Positions 61,447 through 64,000 of a stretch of 64,000 nt of DNA are shown piece after piece. The position numbers and the translations under genes were made by a program. Positions within the stretch are counted from its first letter, which is position 1. Every line of letters starts with the position of its first letter. The stretch is from the NCBI RefSeq assembly GCF_009914755.1, contig NC_060927.1, one strand, 5' to 3'. This DNA is from the human T2T-CHM13v2.0 reference genome, Homo sapiens. The notes under the pieces are model-generated. The model ran no database searches. It was given only the letters and a program-made list of their open reading frames with translations, and was not told the origin of the DNA.

Positions 61447-61780
61447 GCTGGCAAGGCAAGGTGGCTCATTCCTGTAATGCTAGCACTTTGGGAGGAGGAA
61501 GTGGGAAGATCACCTGATCCCAAGAGTTTGAGACCAGCCTGGAGAGCACAGTGAGATCCTCGTCTTTACAAAAAATGAAAAAAAAACCCCAAAAAAACAA
61601 AAAAAAACAAGCAACCGGGCGTGGTGGAGCATACCTGTGGTCCCAGCTACTAAGGAGGCCGGGGTAGGAGGACTGCTTAAGTCCGGCAGGTCAAGGCTTC
61701 AGGGAGCTATGATTGTGCCACTGCACTCCAGCCTGGGTGACAGAGCAAGACCTCATCTCAAAAAAAAACCCACTAAACTA
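61447..61780 (+). mobile_element. Alu (AluJ-like)
   Basis: Dimeric Alu with an expanded A-rich linker. Confidence 0.85.
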
Positions 61781-62554
61781 AAACTTCATTAAAGTTCCAA
61801 TGTGTCTTCTATGATGAAAACATACTTTTAAAATTAAAAAAAAAATTTCAGTAAAGTGTATCCTAATCACTAAACCACAGATTGTAAAAGGTGGATGGGT
61901 CTAGAGAGATCATTTAACCCAAGTTCTTTTCTACAAATAGGGAAACTGCAAGAACTAGAATTAGAATCAAGGTTTTCTGATGTAATTTGGGGTAAAATAA
62001 TTTTGAGGAGCTGGATGGATCTTATGAAATGATATTGTTTACAATTTTAGAGATAAAAATACTGAAGCCTGGTGGAATCAGCACAAACTCTTAAGAGACT
62101 GGGGCTCAAATTCCAGCTCTACCAGCTGTAAGTTTAGCAGCAAGTTACTTAACATCTCAAAGTCTCGGTAAAAGACTCTGTAAAAAGAAGGTGATGCCTC
62201 TTTCAAAGTAGTTCTTAGTATTAAATTTTGAAAAAAGTAGGTAAATCTTAACCTCCTATCACACACGTAGTCTAATGACTTCCTAGGATCCTCCAACCCC
62301 AAGGGGACCTCTTTCACAAAACCTCCCGGCTCCCCCCCAGTCTCCCTAGTCATCTTAGATGAGGAAGTCGAGCGCACCCCAGGGCTGATCGCACAGGAAG
62401 AGCACCTGGGCTCCAGACCCTAGTAACTAAACCCGTGGGCTTCGAGGTTTCTGCCGACCCTCTGTCAAAGGTTAGAAAGGCCCACACACTGTCCACTCTC
62501 CCGATACCATTTTACAGGTGGTGAAACTGAGGCCCAAAAGGGGACAGTAACTTA

Positions 62555-62737
<183 letters not shown>

Positions 62738-63156
62738 TCAGCTCACGGCACCGGGCTGCAACCGAGGTCTGAATGTTGCGAAAGCGCCCCAGACGCCGCC
62801 GCTGCTTTCCGGCCGCCCCCTCGGCTACAGCCGCCATTTCCACGCTCCACCAATCAAATCCATTCTCGAGGAAGACGCACCGCCCCCACACGCCCCGACC
62901 AATCGCTCGCGCTCTGGTTGCGCTGGCGCCTTAGGGGCTCCAGTGCCACCATTGCTTTTGCTGCTTTTCTGGCTTTCCCTTTCGGACATGCGCGCTCGGA
63001 GCAAGGCGCCCTCGCACTCAGCTTACCGCGCATGTACGTTGCCAGGGGTAACGCAGGTAGCCAAAGTGGCTTGTGGAGTGGCGACCGTTAGTGAGGCGGT
63101 TGCTGAGACAGACGCTGAGGCGGGTAGGAGGAGCCCGAGCCGTAAGGGAAGCCGTG

Positions 63157-63197
63157 ATGAGGGCCGTGTTGACGTGGAGAGATAAAGCCGAGCACTG
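63157..63197 (+). CDS. IFT122: IFT122 (WDR10, IFT-A) exon 1, coding part; the gene continues beyond the window
   Basis: ATG AGG GCC GTG TTG ACG TGG AGA GAT AAA GCC GAG CAC TG|gtgag encodes MRAVLTWRDKAEH(C). Confidence 0.93.
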
Positions 63198-64000
63198 GTG
63201 AGGAGCGGGGCGGTTCGCGAAGAGCAGGAGGTCGAGTCCTCGCGGGGAGTGCGCGAGCCGCTGCAGCGTGTTTGAGGGGGGCAGCGGGCTTGCTGCCTGG
63301 GCCGAGGGCACTGAACCCCGGCCTGGGAGACTGCAGGGTCGCCCTCCCGCCCCTTGGCGGTTGGAGAAACTCCCGAGGGTTGGAGAGCGGCAAAGGGAGG
63401 TGCCGCGCCTGAGGTGGTGGCGGGTGGAGGCGGCTCTTCCCTCACGGTCTGGCCCTGTCGCTGCCTTGGATTCATCTCACACCCACGAGACAGCACGAAG
63501 CTGCTCAAGCTTCACAGTTCTTGCCACATCCACATAGTACCCATACTCTTGTTTTCTTGACGTTTTTCTCTAAATTGTCTCATTTATTTTAATTATGATT
63601 TCACATTTTACAAGGAAACTTTATTACTCCATTTATGAAAACCAGTGTCACTTGCTCTAAGTGTTAAGATAAAATCAGCGTCGCTTGCTCTAAGTGTAAA
63701 AGTAAAACTTAAAGTAGGGAGAAACAAAACTGAACAAGCTGTAGCTAGCTATTGTTGCTAGGGAGCCTTTAAACCTGAGATCTCGTTTCTCTAAAACTGG
63801 AGATGGGCAGGTATGATCAGAGAGGTGCTCAAAATGAGCACCAAACACAAGCTCTCCTAATTGGGAAGTCTGAAAAAGAACTGAAGGGGAATGACTTTGT
63901 CACCTTTTGATTCAGTTATTTAATGTCCTATTCCATTGTTATCGCCTAAATCTATAACATAGCAGTCTGTTTTGTCATATTCTTACTTATGGGATAGGTC

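Overview
Primate, almost certainly human, genomic DNA matching chr3q21.3; gene identities are recognised from recalled protein and RNA sequences, not from a database search. From left to right: (1) a nested ERV1 LTR cluster (1-3.1 kb); (2) an unprocessed, internally deleted IFT122 pseudogene fragment on + (five exon copies, 4.1-17.0 kb); (3) a compound VNTR; (4) the unprocessed pseudogene/lncRNA RPL32P3 on -, with its TOP promoter, exons 1-3 and the intact intronic H/ACA snoRNA SNORA7B; (5) EFCAB12 on - (9 coding exons, 1719 nt, 572 aa); (6) MBD4 on - (8 coding exons, 1743 nt, 580 aa); (7) a bidirectional CpG-island promoter shared with the first coding exon of the functional IFT122 on +. Most notable observations: the EFCAB12 intron-7 donor reads GCTGAG instead of GTGAG; one IFT122 pseudo-exon is pristine among decayed neighbours and lies antisense and downstream of the RPL32P3 promoter; a MaLR LTR has captured two local templates; and a strong-Kozak uORF overlaps the MBD4 start. 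I see no convincing novel protein-coding system. Most ORFs in the supplied track are repeat-derived noise.
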